A stretch of 64,000 nucleotides of DNA. Source: Candidatus Cloacimonadales bacterium (GTDB lineage Bacteria; Cloacimonadota; Cloacimonadia; Cloacimonadales; JAIOQZ01). Both the position numbers and the translations under genes were made by a program. Location of the stretch: NCBI GenBank assembly GCA_963674825.1, contig OY771587.1, positions 2,464,001 to 2,528,000 on the forward strand. The letters are read 5' to 3'. Each line of letters begins with the position of its first letter. Positions within the stretch are counted from its first letter, which is position 1. Below the pieces are notes generated by a model. The model was not told where the DNA came from and did not search any database. It saw only the letters and a list, made by a program, of their open reading frames with translations. Below are positions 8,419 through 18,700 of this stretch, in pieces.

Positions 8419-11004
8419 TTGGAACATCGGAATATGAACGGATCTGATCAGGAAAACCCGACAGAAAAACAGGCGGTGCGGGACGATCAACTGCGGAAAT
8501 TTTACCGCAGGGAGTACGAGGTATTTCTCGATAATAAAGAAATCGAGAATCTCGACGAATTGAGCAACGAGCAGCTTAAAGACCGCTTACGGTCTCTGAG
8601 CAGAAACTACTACAAATTGCTCGTGAAGATGCTTAAGATCACCAATATCAACGACTCTGTTCAGAAGAAGCTGATCACGACACAAGATATCCTGAAAAAA
8701 CGCGATTTCGAGATCACACAGGCTATGGAAAAACTTCGTGACGAAGAAGAGAAGCTTCGCGTCGTTTTCGATAACGCGATTGTTGGTATCCTGATGATCG
8801 ATCGAGACAGCCGTATCGTATTCACAAACAGCAATTTCAATGACATGCTCGGTTACGAACTGGATGAGACGTCGGAGCTTTGCTACGATATGATCATCCA
8901 TAAAGACGATATAGAGCATAATCGCCTCTGCTTCCAGCAACTGCTGGAAGGAAAGCTGAGCAGGTTCCGTAACCAGAACCGCTTTGTTCGAAAGAACGGT
9001 ACGACATTCTGGGGTGATTTCTCGGTTTCACCGATTTTCGACGCCGAGCAGCGCTTCACGTCCGCAATCGGTATCATTGCCGATATCGATGAACGTGTGC
9101 GAGCAGAAGAACAGCTCAAAGAGTCGTATCGCAAGCTCAAGACCGCTCAGGAAGAGATCATCCAGCTCGAAAAGAAGAACTCTGCCTTCGCGATGGCGGT
9201 AACGGCCAACCATGAGATCAACCAGCCGTTGATGATCCTGCGTGGTAATCTCGAGATGCTGGAAATGAGCATTGCTCCGGGTAATATCGATCCCAAACAG
9301 AAGCGTTATATCGCACGGGTGCTCAGTTCGATGGAGCGCATCCAGTCGATCCTGGACAAATTCAAGCAATCGACGGCAATTCGGTTCGAAAACTACAGCG
9401 AGAATACACCGATGGTGGTGTTCTCAGATCAGGATGAGCAGAAAGAGGATCTGGACTGGCAGGATGTCCTACTGGAAAACAACAACCTCTTCTATTCGCT
9501 TGCGCAGAACGCACAGGCAATTTTCTTCCGGATGTCACTGCACGACGGCATGCTGGAATACATTAGCCCATCAGTGGAGGAAATGACTGGCTACTCACAG
9601 GAAGAATGCTATGAGAAGCCGTACTTCCTGAACAGCATCATCCACCCCGACTGGAAAGAGCACTTCAGCGTCATCTGGGCGAACATCATCATGGGTAAGA
9701 TCAATCCCTACGATGAATTCGCCATCCAGACCAAAGACGGTGATACCATATGGATACTCCTCTATCTCGCTGTGATCGACGACATTCTGTCCGATCCGGT
9801 GGCTGTCGAGGGTATCATCACGGATATTACGGAGAAGAAACGTGTGCTCCGGACGCTCTCGGAGGAACGGGATATCTTCATGGAAGGCCCGGTAACGACG
9901 TTCAAGTGGCGCTCGCTAGAAAGTGGGCTGTTCCTGGAATACGTCTCTCCCAATATCAGTAAATACGGCTATATGCCTGAAGATCTGGTTGGAAAAGACT
10001 ACGATGAATGGCTCAAGATTGTTCACCCGGACGATGTCGACAAGATCCCTGAGAAAAATTCGAGGGTCTTCGATATGGTGCGAAATATTCACTCTGCCGA
10101 GTATCGTATCGTAGGGCCGGCCGGACAGGTCAATTGGGTTTATGATCTCACGGGAGCAGTTCGCAGCAATCTGGATAGGGTCGAAGAGTTTTTTGGTTAC
10201 ATCTTGGATATTACAGACAGGAAGAACGCGGAGCTGGAGCTGCAACGAAACGAGCATCAGCTGCGTGAAGCAAATGCTGCCAAGGATAAATTCTTCTCAA
10301 TCATCGCCCACGACCTGCGAGGTCCATTCAGTTCACTAATGGGATCCGCAGAGCTTCTATATACCTTCTACGATCGGTTTGATGACGAAAAACGGAGCAA
10401 TCAGGCACGGAGGATCTTCACATCCGCCAGTCAGGTAAACAACCTGTTGGATAATCTTCTGGAGTGGTCTATCAGCCAGTCCGGCAACATCATTATCAAT
10501 GCTGAGCTTATCAAGGCACGAGGTGTTGCAGATGAGATTATCTCACTTCTGAACATCAATGCCGAGTCAAAGGGCATCATTCTACGCGCTGAAATACCGG
10601 AGTCCCAGACTGTATTCTGCGATCGCAATATGTTCCACACGATTCTGCGAAATCTGGTATCAAATGCGATTAAATTTACCTCTAAAGGTGGAAGCGTGAC
10701 GGTACGCTGCTGTGAGAATGGCGAGTTGGTCGAATTCTGTGTACAGGATACCGGCACCGGAATGCCACTCGAAAAGGTTGCGCAGCTATTTGATCCGGAA
10801 CGAACGCTTTCCACGGTGGGAACAGCCAAAGAAACCGGTACTGGATTGGGTTTGCTGCTCTGCAAAGAATTTGTGGAGAAAAACGGTGGTGCGATCCGGG
10901 TTGAGTCTGAGGAAGGAAAAGGAAGCGAATTTTGTTTCTCCCTGCCTCGGGAGAATCCACAACTTGCTATTGCTGAGAAAGATAGCGGGATAGCTGGCGA
11001 ATAA
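8419..11004 (+). CDS. Cytoplasmic multi-PAS histidine kinase with a SiaD-like N-terminal coil and two HisKA H-boxes
   Basis: Three PAS/PAC domains; H-boxes NHEINQPL and AHDLRGPF; C-terminal HATPase (NLVSNAIKF, DTGTG, GTGLGL). Start could be ATG 8434. Confidence 0.85.
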   Translation: MEHRNMNGSDQENPTEKQAVRDDQLRKFYRREYEVFLDNKEIENLDELSNEQLKDRLRSLSRNYYKLLVKMLKITNINDSVQKKLITTQDILKKRDFEITQAMEKLRDEEEKLRVVFDNAIVGILMIDRDSRIVFTNSNFNDMLGYELDETSELCYDMIIHKDDIEHNRLCFQQLLEGKLSRFRNQNRFVRKNGTTFWGDFSVSPIFDAEQRFTSAIGIIADIDERVRAEEQLKESYRKLKTAQEEIIQLEKKNSAFAMAVTANHEINQPLMILRGNLEMLEMSIAPGNIDPKQKRYIARVLSSMERIQSILDKFKQSTAIRFENYSENTPMVVFSDQDEQKEDLDWQDVLLENNNLFYSLAQNAQAIFFRMSLHDGMLEYISPSVEEMTGYSQEECYEKPYFLNSIIHPDWKEHFSVIWANIIMGKINPYDEFAIQTKDGDTIWILLYLAVIDDILSDPVAVEGIITDITEKKRVLRTLSEERDIFMEGPVTTFKWRSLESGLFLEYVSPNISKYGYMPEDLVGKDYDEWLKIVHPDDVDKIPEKNSRVFDMVRNIHSAEYRIVGPAGQVNWVYDLTGAVRSNLDRVEEFFGYILDITDRKNAELELQRNEHQLREANAAKDKFFSIIAHDLRGPFSSLMGSAELLYTFYDRFDDEKRSNQARRIFTSASQVNNLLDNLLEWSISQSGNIIINAELIKARGVADEIISLLNINAESKGIILRAEIPESQTVFCDRNMFHTILRNLVSNAIKFTSKGGSVTVRCCENGELVEFCVQDTGTGMPLEKVAQLFDPERTLSTVGTAKETGTGLGLLLCKEFVEKNGGAIRVESEEGKGSEFCFSLPRENPQLAIAEKDSGIAGE

Positions 11005-14000
11005 GCTCTTTCAGGGTAAACGGTTTCGCAAGACATCCATCGAATCCCATCTGAGAGAAACTCTCTGACGACATTCCAGGCATTGCGACTGTCATTGCGA
11101 TGATTTTCGTGTCCGCAAGTTTCGCTCTGATCTGGTCGATAACATTCTGAACATCCATTCCGGGCAGGTCGCTGCTGTACATAATGAGGTCAGGCTTTTT
11201 CTCGATCGCCAACCGAAGGGCTTCTTCCGCAACGATTGCTTCATACAGCACAATAGGCTGCTTTTCCAATGTATCATGGATGATGCGGCGGTTTTCGTCT
11301 GATTCATCAGCAACCAGGATAGTAGCAGGAACGAATCGGATGGTGTTTATATTATTCTCCTGTGACTCGATGAATCCCGGGATATCGGAGCATATTTCGA
11401 CTTCTTTGAACAGAATTTCGAATCTTGAGCCCTCTTCCTGTGTGCTTTGCACCTGAATCGTACCGTTCATGAGTTCAACGAATCTCTTGGTGATCGTCAA
11501 GCCTAATCCAGTGCCTTTCGATATATTATCAGAATAAACAAGTTCCTGGTAGAATGGGTCGAAAATTTTCTCCCGATTTTCTTCCTTGATTCCGATCCCT
11601 GTATCTTCCACTGAAATCGCGAGGTCAAAATGGTTGTCATTACGGCTGTGAACTCTGGCTTCGATGATTACCGATCCCCGTTGTGTGAATTTCACGGCAT
11701 TGCTGATCAGATTGAGCAATATCTGCCGCATCCTCGTAGCGTCCAGAACGATAAAGTCCGGAATATCCGGGTCAATGTTTGTAAGTATCTGTATATTCTT
11801 CTTGTGGGCTCGTATCGCGGAAAGCGTGACAACTTCCTTGATGAGATCGGGAATTGACAGAGGGCCATATTGAAGCGTGAAAAGCCCCGCTTCAATCTTC
11901 GAGAGATCCAGAACTTCATTGATGATTGTAAGCAGGCTATTACCTCCAATCTGGATTGCCTGAATATATTCCTGAAGATTTTCGTCATCGACAAGTGTGT
12001 TCAGAAGGTCTGCAAAGCCGAGTACGGCATGGAGTGGCGTCCTGATTTCATGGCTCATATTGGCAAGAAACTCGCTCTTGGCTTTGTTCGCCTGATCGGC
12101 CTTGTAACGAGCTTCCTGAAGGGCTTTAGCGATGCGCTTTGCTTCGGTGATGTCGCGCACTGTCGCCTGTAAAACCTCACGGTTTTCAAGCTGGAAACGG
12201 GTCAACCATATCTCGGCGGGGAATATCTCACCATTCAAGCGCTTATGAACCCATTCGAATTTGGCATAACCGTTCGTGAAGGCTTCTTCTATTCGCTTCA
12301 TGGACAGGGGATAGGAATCCTCCCCATTCGGTTGCTGAGGTGGAGAGAAATCAGCCGGATGCGTACCGATGAAGTGGTTCTTATCATCTGTGCCGTAAAT
12401 CGTCACGGTCTGTTGATTACAGTCGAAGAATCCGTTTCGGTCAAGGAGCATGATCGCATCCATGGATGATTCAAACAGCGTGCGATACTTGACTTCGTTT
12501 TCGGAGATATCCTGCATGAGCTTGCGGATATCTGAAACGTCTTCCAGCTTCACAAGGATGTCGTCTGAGTTAGAGCCATCGCTGAATCTGAGCAAAGTAT
12601 ATTCAAACCAGCGTTTTTCTCCGGAGTGCAGTGTCTCCAAGACTGGTTGTTTGATGACGGGCTTACGTTCTTCTTTCAGAATTTTGACCAGCGTGACAAA
12701 GTGCTCAAATTCCTGGAAAGGCCAGATATTCTCGATCGTTGTTTTTTTATCGATTCTGGACGGTAGAGATGCCAGGCTGCTGAATGCCTGATTACAGCCG
12801 AGAAGGTTGCTATTCGAGTCTTGCCAAAAAATGTTGATAGGCAGCATGTTGATGATGCTTTTCATCAACGACTGTGTCTGCTGAAAGCGGTTTTTTATAT
12901 CTTGCTGATCACTGATATCGCGAATCATAAAGAATGCGTTTCCGCTTTCCTGGTTATAGACCGCGTTGACGGTGAGGAATCGATCGGTGTTCTCCCAATA
13001 TATTTCCTCTTCTTCCAAATGATGGCTGGTGATGAGTTCCTGGACGAGATTTCTGTCTTTTGGGTGCAGGAAATCCTCGAGATTGAACCATTTATTCATC
13101 TCCGTATGCGAGCTATACCCCAGGATCATGAAGAGTTTGGGATTCTGCTTGATAATCGTGAGTGTATCTACCCGGGCAGTAAGGAACCCATAATGTTCGG
13201 ATGTGAAAAGTAAGTCCTCCTGCATGTCCACTTCAGTTTCATGCAGGAATACTTTACGGTCTTCATCACATGAATTCGTAGTTTTCGTGTCATCCTCTGA
13301 TTCGCGAATGAGCTCCAGAAATTGCTGATCGTTCTTGCGTTTGTTTAGTGCCTCAAGTTGCTCATATATATCAAGATAAGCCTTCAGGTAGCGGTAGGCC
13401 TTCGCGGGATTATCGATCTTCTCGTAGGCTTTGGAGAGGATTTTATGGATCTCCATCATGCGCGGCATAGCAATACTGTCGTCGTTACTCTGAATGAATG
13501 CCTGAAGCAAGCTGATACTGCGTAACGGGTGATAGCCGCTATAATGTGGATCGAGAAAAAGCTTTGCCATGGCAATGGTGATGAGCTGCTCACCGCTGTG
13601 ATTCTGGATTGCTTTGAACATGGAAAGGCTTTTGTTGTACTGCTCCATTGCCTGATCGTATTGCTTCATCTCGTGCAGTAGTCTGCCGATGTTACCATTC
13701 ATGAGGGCGATACTTTCGGGTTGATTGACCCGGGATGCCTCCTCGACAGCAAGTTCGTAATATCGCATGGCGAGTTTGTACTGCTGTTGTTGATGATAAA
13801 CGATCCCGAGGTTCCCTGTAGCGCTTGCAATCATTCTGCCATCGGAAACCTCTTGAGCGATAGAGAGCGCTTCCTTGTGGTAGGCGATTGCTTTTTCATA
13901 TTCGCCCAATTTCTGATACGCGACACCAGTGTTGTTTAATAGCTGGCTGGTGCATTTCCGTTGTTTTTGTTCGCGGCAAAGAGCCAGGCAGCGCAGGAAA

Positions 14001-14515
14001 ATGATCAGCCCAGACTCGATGTCACCTTTATTGGTAGCAAGGATGCCGATCTTCTTCATATGCTCGATCTGCTCAGGTATGAGGTTATTGCGTTGGTACA
14101 ATTCGAGCGCGGCATAGTAGTCATTGATTGCCTGCGTGAAGTTCGAGCTTATGTAATTGAGCCGAGACGAGAGGGACAGAATATTGGCTCGAAGTTCGTC
14201 GTCGAGGCGATCGCTATCGAGCTTGCGAAGCTGCACCATGGCTTGAATTGCTTCCGATTCGAGTCCTTGGAGGATTTTCGCTTCGATGATAAGCATAAGG
14301 GCGTTGGCGAGGCATTTGATGCGATTATACTGTAATGATAAATCACGCGCTTCGGAAGCGTATTGCAGCGAAATGCTCGTGTAGCTCCCATATTCTTTGG
14401 CCAGTAGCAAAAGAATTGGTATTCGGTCAGCGCCCTGCTTGTTTTCGAGATCGCCCGTCAGATTCTGGATATTGACCTGATCAGGATTGATGTCGCATTG
14501 CTCGAATGTTGACAT
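10967..14515 (-). CDS. TPR-repeat, multi-PAS hybrid histidine kinase with a degenerate receiver domain
   Basis: TPR repeats (NNTGVAY, GNLGIVY), PAS domains, FLANMSHEIRTPL, NLISNAVKF, GTGLGL; C-terminal REC-like fold with KP. Confidence 0.88.
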   Translation of the reverse strand: MSTFEQCDINPDQVNIQNLTGDLENKQGADRIPILLLLAKEYGSYTSISLQYASEARDLSLQYNRIKCLANALMLIIEAKILQGLESEAIQAMVQLRKLDSDRLDDELRANILSLSSRLNYISSNFTQAINDYYAALELYQRNNLIPEQIEHMKKIGILATNKGDIESGLIIFLRCLALCREQKQRKCTSQLLNNTGVAYQKLGEYEKAIAYHKEALSIAQEVSDGRMIASATGNLGIVYHQQQQYKLAMRYYELAVEEASRVNQPESIALMNGNIGRLLHEMKQYDQAMEQYNKSLSMFKAIQNHSGEQLITIAMAKLFLDPHYSGYHPLRSISLLQAFIQSNDDSIAMPRMMEIHKILSKAYEKIDNPAKAYRYLKAYLDIYEQLEALNKRKNDQQFLELIRESEDDTKTTNSCDEDRKVFLHETEVDMQEDLLFTSEHYGFLTARVDTLTIIKQNPKLFMILGYSSHTEMNKWFNLEDFLHPKDRNLVQELITSHHLEEEEIYWENTDRFLTVNAVYNQESGNAFFMIRDISDQQDIKNRFQQTQSLMKSIINMLPINIFWQDSNSNLLGCNQAFSSLASLPSRIDKKTTIENIWPFQEFEHFVTLVKILKEERKPVIKQPVLETLHSGEKRWFEYTLLRFSDGSNSDDILVKLEDVSDIRKLMQDISENEVKYRTLFESSMDAIMLLDRNGFFDCNQQTVTIYGTDDKNHFIGTHPADFSPPQQPNGEDSYPLSMKRIEEAFTNGYAKFEWVHKRLNGEIFPAEIWLTRFQLENREVLQATVRDITEAKRIAKALQEARYKADQANKAKSEFLANMSHEIRTPLHAVLGFADLLNTLVDDENLQEYIQAIQIGGNSLLTIINEVLDLSKIEAGLFTLQYGPLSIPDLIKEVVTLSAIRAHKKNIQILTNIDPDIPDFIVLDATRMRQILLNLISNAVKFTQRGSVIIEARVHSRNDNHFDLAISVEDTGIGIKEENREKIFDPFYQELVYSDNISKGTGLGLTITKRFVELMNGTIQVQSTQEEGSRFEILFKEVEICSDIPGFIESQENNINTIRFVPATILVADESDENRRIIHDTLEKQPIVLYEAIVAEEALRLAIEKKPDLIMYSSDLPGMDVQNVIDQIRAKLADTKIIAMTVAMPGMSSESFSQMGFDGCLAKPFTLKELIRQLSRYLSQQ

Positions 14516-14601
14516 AATCCACCCCTTGTCACAAGGTGATATTAATGGACTGTCATAAAACTGTCAAAGAAAAAAAGCCGAGACGCAATTTGTGACAAAT
14601 A

Positions 14602-15438
14602 CTATTCCAGCAATTCCTCAATAGCTTTGATCTTGTCGATCACGTTGTGCAGGATTCGATCCAGGTCGTTACTGTGGATTTTGTAACGCATGAGCAGCTT
14701 CTGGTGGCCTTTGTAGTGTAATCCGTCTTTCTGGGACGATTTACCGATGATCATCGATAGGTAATCGGCAAGAGCGGTGAGATTAACGTATGGGTTGTCG
14801 AGCTTTTCTGGCGCGTGATGATGGCGTGCGGCAAGAACGACATCTTCTGGGAAATTCCAGTCGCGCAGTACCTTGGCGCTGACATCGGAGTGGGTAAATC
14901 CAAGGACTTTTCGTTCGGCGGTAAGGAAATCGACGTGTTCTTCCTGTATCATTTTGAGCATTGTTTTATATTCTTCATGAACGTACTGGCTCAGTACAAT
15001 TTTGCCGATATCGTGAAGGAGATTGGCTGTATATAGAACCGAGGTGTCAATTTGTGGCTCCAGAAATTGCAATTCGATGCCCAGAATTGCCACCGCTAAG
15101 CTGTGCTCCCAGAGTTCTCCAGGATAGGATTCGTATCCATCGATCATTTCGTTGAAGTAAGGTTTCGCAGCAGATTTCATGATGATTTCGTTCATCTCTT
15201 CCAAGCCGATGATACTCATGGCGAGGCGAAGATCGGTGATGGTGCGTGCGGTTGTGTACTTGGCAGAATTAGCCACGCGCAGGATATTCGCCGTCAGGGA
15301 GGCATCAACATGAACGATATCCGCAAGTTCCTGCATTGTAAAGTCTTGCTTCTTCAGTATCTCGGTCGCTTTATTAGCTACCTTGCTGAAAGGCGGTAGC
15401 ATTTCGATTTTAGACATCATATCTTTGATCGATATCAT
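14602..15438 (-). CDS. HDOD-domain signalling protein
   Basis: LPPF, DASLTANILRVANS, LWEHS, LLHDIGK, H..V...L..WNFP motifs. Confidence 0.9.
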   Translation of the reverse strand: MISIKDMMSKIEMLPPFSKVANKATEILKKQDFTMQELADIVHVDASLTANILRVANSAKYTTARTITDLRLAMSIIGLEEMNEIIMKSAAKPYFNEMIDGYESYPGELWEHSLAVAILGIELQFLEPQIDTSVLYTANLLHDIGKIVLSQYVHEEYKTMLKMIQEEHVDFLTAERKVLGFTHSDVSAKVLRDWNFPEDVVLAARHHHAPEKLDNPYVNLTALADYLSMIIGKSSQKDGLHYKGHQKLLMRYKIHSNDLDRILHNVIDKIKAIEELLE

Positions 15439-15539
15439 GGGTTCTCCTTCACCTCGTGGTATCTATAGTGACAATATAAAGGATGTTTCAGGCATGTAAA
15501 TCACGAATCAATATTTTTTTTTCGTCAAATCTTTTTCTT

Positions 15540-15568
15540 TTGACAAATCCTGATACATATCTTATCAT
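15540..15568 (+). promoter_or_regulatory. sigma70-type promoter
   Basis: TTGACA-17 nt-TATCAT upstream of the 15604 gene. Confidence 0.65.
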
Positions 15569-15603
15569 CTGTACCAAGAACCTTTTCCTTCGGAGGCCGC
15601 GTC

Positions 15604-16455
15604 ATGAGACCTTTACTTATAGCTTTTCTGCTGATACTTACGCTTGCTTTTACATCATGTACGATCAAGTTTGAAAACAGTGATGGCGATTCAAAAACAG
15701 ATTTCTGGAAAGGCAATTACTTTGTACAGGAGAACGTGAAGACTGTTCCGGAAAACCAGGATCACGTAGAAGCTGAGATCGAAGACGAATGGCACTCGTA
15801 TGATCTTCAGAATTTCACTGAAAGCTTCATGGCCTGGAATCTCAAGAGTCGCAAGGAGACACTGGAAGGATTCATGATGCATCCCCCCAAGCCACCGAGA
15901 CTCGCCGGACCGCACAATGGAATGGTGGCCACATGGGGCAACCGAAGGGATGACAGCCAGTTCAGCCTCAATAACGCTGTAAAAGGTATGGGATTCTGTC
16001 CGAAAGAATCAACCATCGAAGCCATGATCCAAAAAATGAATGACACCATGCAGGCGCCGTTTCAAGAGAAACTCGACGTGCTGATGGATTTCTATAACAA
16101 CGCAGATTCGCTCTTCTACCTCGATCGACAGATCTCTCTCGAACTCTACTCCACGCCCGAATTCGAAACGCAATCCTTTCTCAACCAGATGACCTATCCT
16201 GTCTCAACTGTCGTATTTCTGGACATCCCATCCTACAAACTGAAAACGATTACACGTCTACTGCATCCGCAAGATCCCAACCTGACCAGGCAAGAGAAGC
16301 TGCTGGTCGATTACGTCAATATCATTCACAGCTATTTCCATGGCGAATTCGACAAGGAATTCTCCGCTGTGATCTACTATGTCGTCGAAATCTACGATAA
16401 CTCACCCGGTAAACCCGACGCGCGCGGAACGCGCCTGATGCCTCCTCTGCCATAA
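15604..16455 (+). CDS. Hypothetical lipoprotein
   Basis: Signal peptide ending in FTSC lipobox; GGAGG RBS; function not recognised. Confidence 0.7.
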   Translation: MRPLLIAFLLILTLAFTSCTIKFENSDGDSKTDFWKGNYFVQENVKTVPENQDHVEAEIEDEWHSYDLQNFTESFMAWNLKSRKETLEGFMMHPPKPPRLAGPHNGMVATWGNRRDDSQFSLNNAVKGMGFCPKESTIEAMIQKMNDTMQAPFQEKLDVLMDFYNNADSLFYLDRQISLELYSTPEFETQSFLNQMTYPVSTVVFLDIPSYKLKTITRLLHPQDPNLTRQEKLLVDYVNIIHSYFHGEFDKEFSAVIYYVVEIYDNSPGKPDARGTRLMPPLP

Positions 16456-16656
16456 ATTGATCGATCCGGAGTAACGGAAAAGCGAAAAAAGTTAGATTCT
16501 GGTAATTAGCACTGGCAAAAGCGCTTGGCAAGCGCACTGAGGCTTAAATTGAATAGTATTAAATATTGACGCTATAAAATATTTTTGTTGACAAATAGTT
16601 TTGCATATATTGTCGTTTGAATGAACGATTACAAATGACAATACAACGGAGGTGAG

Positions 16657-17154
16657 ATGCAGCGATTGAAAGCGTTCATCCTGCTTTTTCTGTTTCTCTA
16701 TCTTGTGTGGATGCTGCTTACCGATTTCCATTCAGAGCAGGAGTGGATCGCGGGAGGGGTCGTATCGCTTGTATTGGCGGCGATTTTTGCGGCACGTGCA
16801 CAGGCGATCGGCAGGATCCATTTGAATCCCAAAGCGTTGGTTTATGGGATTCTGTATATTTTTGTGTTTGTATGGGAGCTGGTCCGATCGAATCTTGATG
16901 TTGCACACCGCGTGGTGATGCCCTCTCTTCCGATCAATCCCGGTATCGTCAAAGTGAAGACCAAGCTTCAGTCGCCACTTGGACGGACAGTTCTGGCCAA
17001 TTCGATCACGCTGACACCCGGCACGCTGACGGTAGAGGCTAAAGAGGATACGCTATACATCCACTGGATCGACGTAAGTGCTGGAGACATCAATGCCCAC
17101 ACACAGGCAATCGTGTCGAAATTCGAAAAGTACCTGGAGGTGATCTTTGGCTGA
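16657..17154 (+). CDS. mnhE: Mrp/Mnh antiporter subunit E (MbxA-like)
   Basis: INPGIV, LANSITLTPGTLTV and LYIHWID motifs. Confidence 0.9.
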   Translation: MQRLKAFILLFLFLYLVWMLLTDFHSEQEWIAGGVVSLVLAAIFAARAQAIGRIHLNPKALVYGILYIFVFVWELVRSNLDVAHRVVMPSLPINPGIVKVKTKLQSPLGRTVLANSITLTPGTLTVEAKEDTLYIHWIDVSAGDINAHTQAIVSKFEKYLEVIFG

Positions 17155-17407
17155 AATAATATACCAGGTTGCGGCGTTGATCGCGCTGAGCGCACTAGCG
17201 CTGGCGATGATCCGCATGTTCAAAGGGCCCACGATTGCTGACCGCGTTGTGGCGCTCGATGCCATGACCATTATATCCATCTCGCTTCTGGCCTTTATAT
17301 CAGCGAGCGCATTGCGCATCGTTTACCTCGATGTGGCGCTGGTCTATGGGCTGATCAGCTTTGTTGGAGTTGTTGCGGTCGCGAGATATCTCGAGAGGGG
17401 GCTGTGA
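17147..17407 (+). CDS. mnhF: Mrp/Mnh subunit F
   Basis: GPTIADRVVALD, YLDVALVY and ARYLE motifs. Confidence 0.9.
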   Translation: MAEIIYQVAALIALSALALAMIRMFKGPTIADRVVALDAMTIISISLLAFISASALRIVYLDVALVYGLISFVGVVAVARYLERGL

Positions 17408-17742
17408 TGGCGATTATTGGCTCATTGATGACCCTATTCGGATCGATTTTCCTGCTTCTGGGAGCGCTTGGGCTGCTGCGTATGCCCGACGTTTATAATC
17501 GGATGCAGGCCGGAACCAAGGCGACGACTTTAGGTAGTATGCTGTTTTTAATCGGACTCAGCCTGGGCCGAGTGGAATGTATCTGCATCGGTCGTATGAT
17601 CCTCCTGATCGTGTTCTTGATCTTTACTAATCCGCTTTCTTCGCACGCGCTGGCACGGGCCGCCCATTACCTGGGCATTCCGCTGACGAAAAAGAGCGTT
17701 CGCGACGAGCTCGCTGAAGACGAGCAGGGAGAGCAGGCATGA
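17404..17742 (+). CDS. mnhG: Mrp/Mnh subunit G
   Basis: GLLRMPDVYNRMQAGTKATTLG and SHALARAA motifs. Confidence 0.9.
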   Translation: MMAIIGSLMTLFGSIFLLLGALGLLRMPDVYNRMQAGTKATTLGSMLFLIGLSLGRVECICIGRMILLIVFLIFTNPLSSHALARAAHYLGIPLTKKSVRDELAEDEQGEQA

Positions 17743-17999
17743 CGACGATGAATTTGATCCTGTTGGTCGGGCTGGGTGTGTTGATGCTGGCAGCGGCCGT
17801 GTTTGCCGTTATATCAAAGAAAGTGCTCTCCGCAATTATCGCAGCGGGGGTTGTCAGCCTTCTGGCGAGTGTGATCTACCTGCTTCTGGCGTCACCGGAT
17901 GTGGCGATGACAGAAGCGGCCATAGGCAGCGGACTTACGACAGTGGTGTTTCTTTACGCCTACAGTAGAATGAAATCGGACAAGGAGGACAGACGGTGA
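17739..17999 (+). CDS. DUF4040/MbhD-like membrane subunit
   Basis: PDVAMTEAAIGSG motif; 3 TM helices. Confidence 0.85.
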   Translation: MTTMNLILLVGLGVLMLAAAVFAVISKKVLSAIIAAGVVSLLASVIYLLLASPDVAMTEAAIGSGLTTVVFLYAYSRMKSDKEDRR

Positions 18000-18691
18000 T
18001 AACCCGAATACTCGCATTTTTGGCGGTAATCGGCTTTGCGCTGATGCTGCTTCCATTAATCCATCAGATACTGCCCATGCAGGAACTGACGCCTGTGGCT
18101 GGAAGCTATGTGGCGAAGGGGCCGGACGAACTGGGCACACAGAATATTGTAACGGCTGTGGTGGTTACCTACCGTGGTCTGGATACGTTGGGAGAGGTTA
18201 CGGTGCTTTTCATCGCGACTGCCGGCGTGGGATTCCTCTTGGGTAGACGCAAAGAGAAGAAGCCGAAAAGAAAGTCGTCCGAAATCCTTCAGACGGGTGC
18301 GTCATTTCTGATCGCGCTCATCTTCATGTATGGCGTGTACGTGTTCATGCACGGGCATCTGACGCCGGGTGGCGGATTTCAGGGCGGCGTGGTAATCGCA
18401 ACGGGGATCCTCCTGATCATGCTTGCTGATGTGAACATGAAGTTCAACCACGGTCTGCTCCATTTTGTGGAGTCGATCTCGGGCGTGGGGTACGTGGTTT
18501 TGGGGCTTCTGGGGCTTTTGATGGCTTCCACAACGACCGGACTTGGCGACGGATTCCTCAACAACCGCTTCCTTCCGCTTGGAACATACGGCAGCCTCTT
18601 CAGCGCCGGAGCGATACCGCTTATCTACTCGCTGGTCGGGCTCAAGGTGGGTTCTGAACTCACCGGAATTCTGGACAACATGCAGGAATAG
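17996..18691 (+). CDS. mnhB: Mrp/Mnh subunit B-like protein
   Basis: NIVTAVVVTYRGLDTLGE and HGHLTPGGGFQGG motifs. Confidence 0.88.
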   Translation: MITRILAFLAVIGFALMLLPLIHQILPMQELTPVAGSYVAKGPDELGTQNIVTAVVVTYRGLDTLGEVTVLFIATAGVGFLLGRRKEKKPKRKSSEILQTGASFLIALIFMYGVYVFMHGHLTPGGGFQGGVVIATGILLIMLADVNMKFNHGLLHFVESISGVGYVVLGLLGLLMASTTTGLGDGFLNNRFLPLGTYGSLFSAGAIPLIYSLVGLKVGSELTGILDNMQE

Positions 18692-18700
18692 GATGATCTT

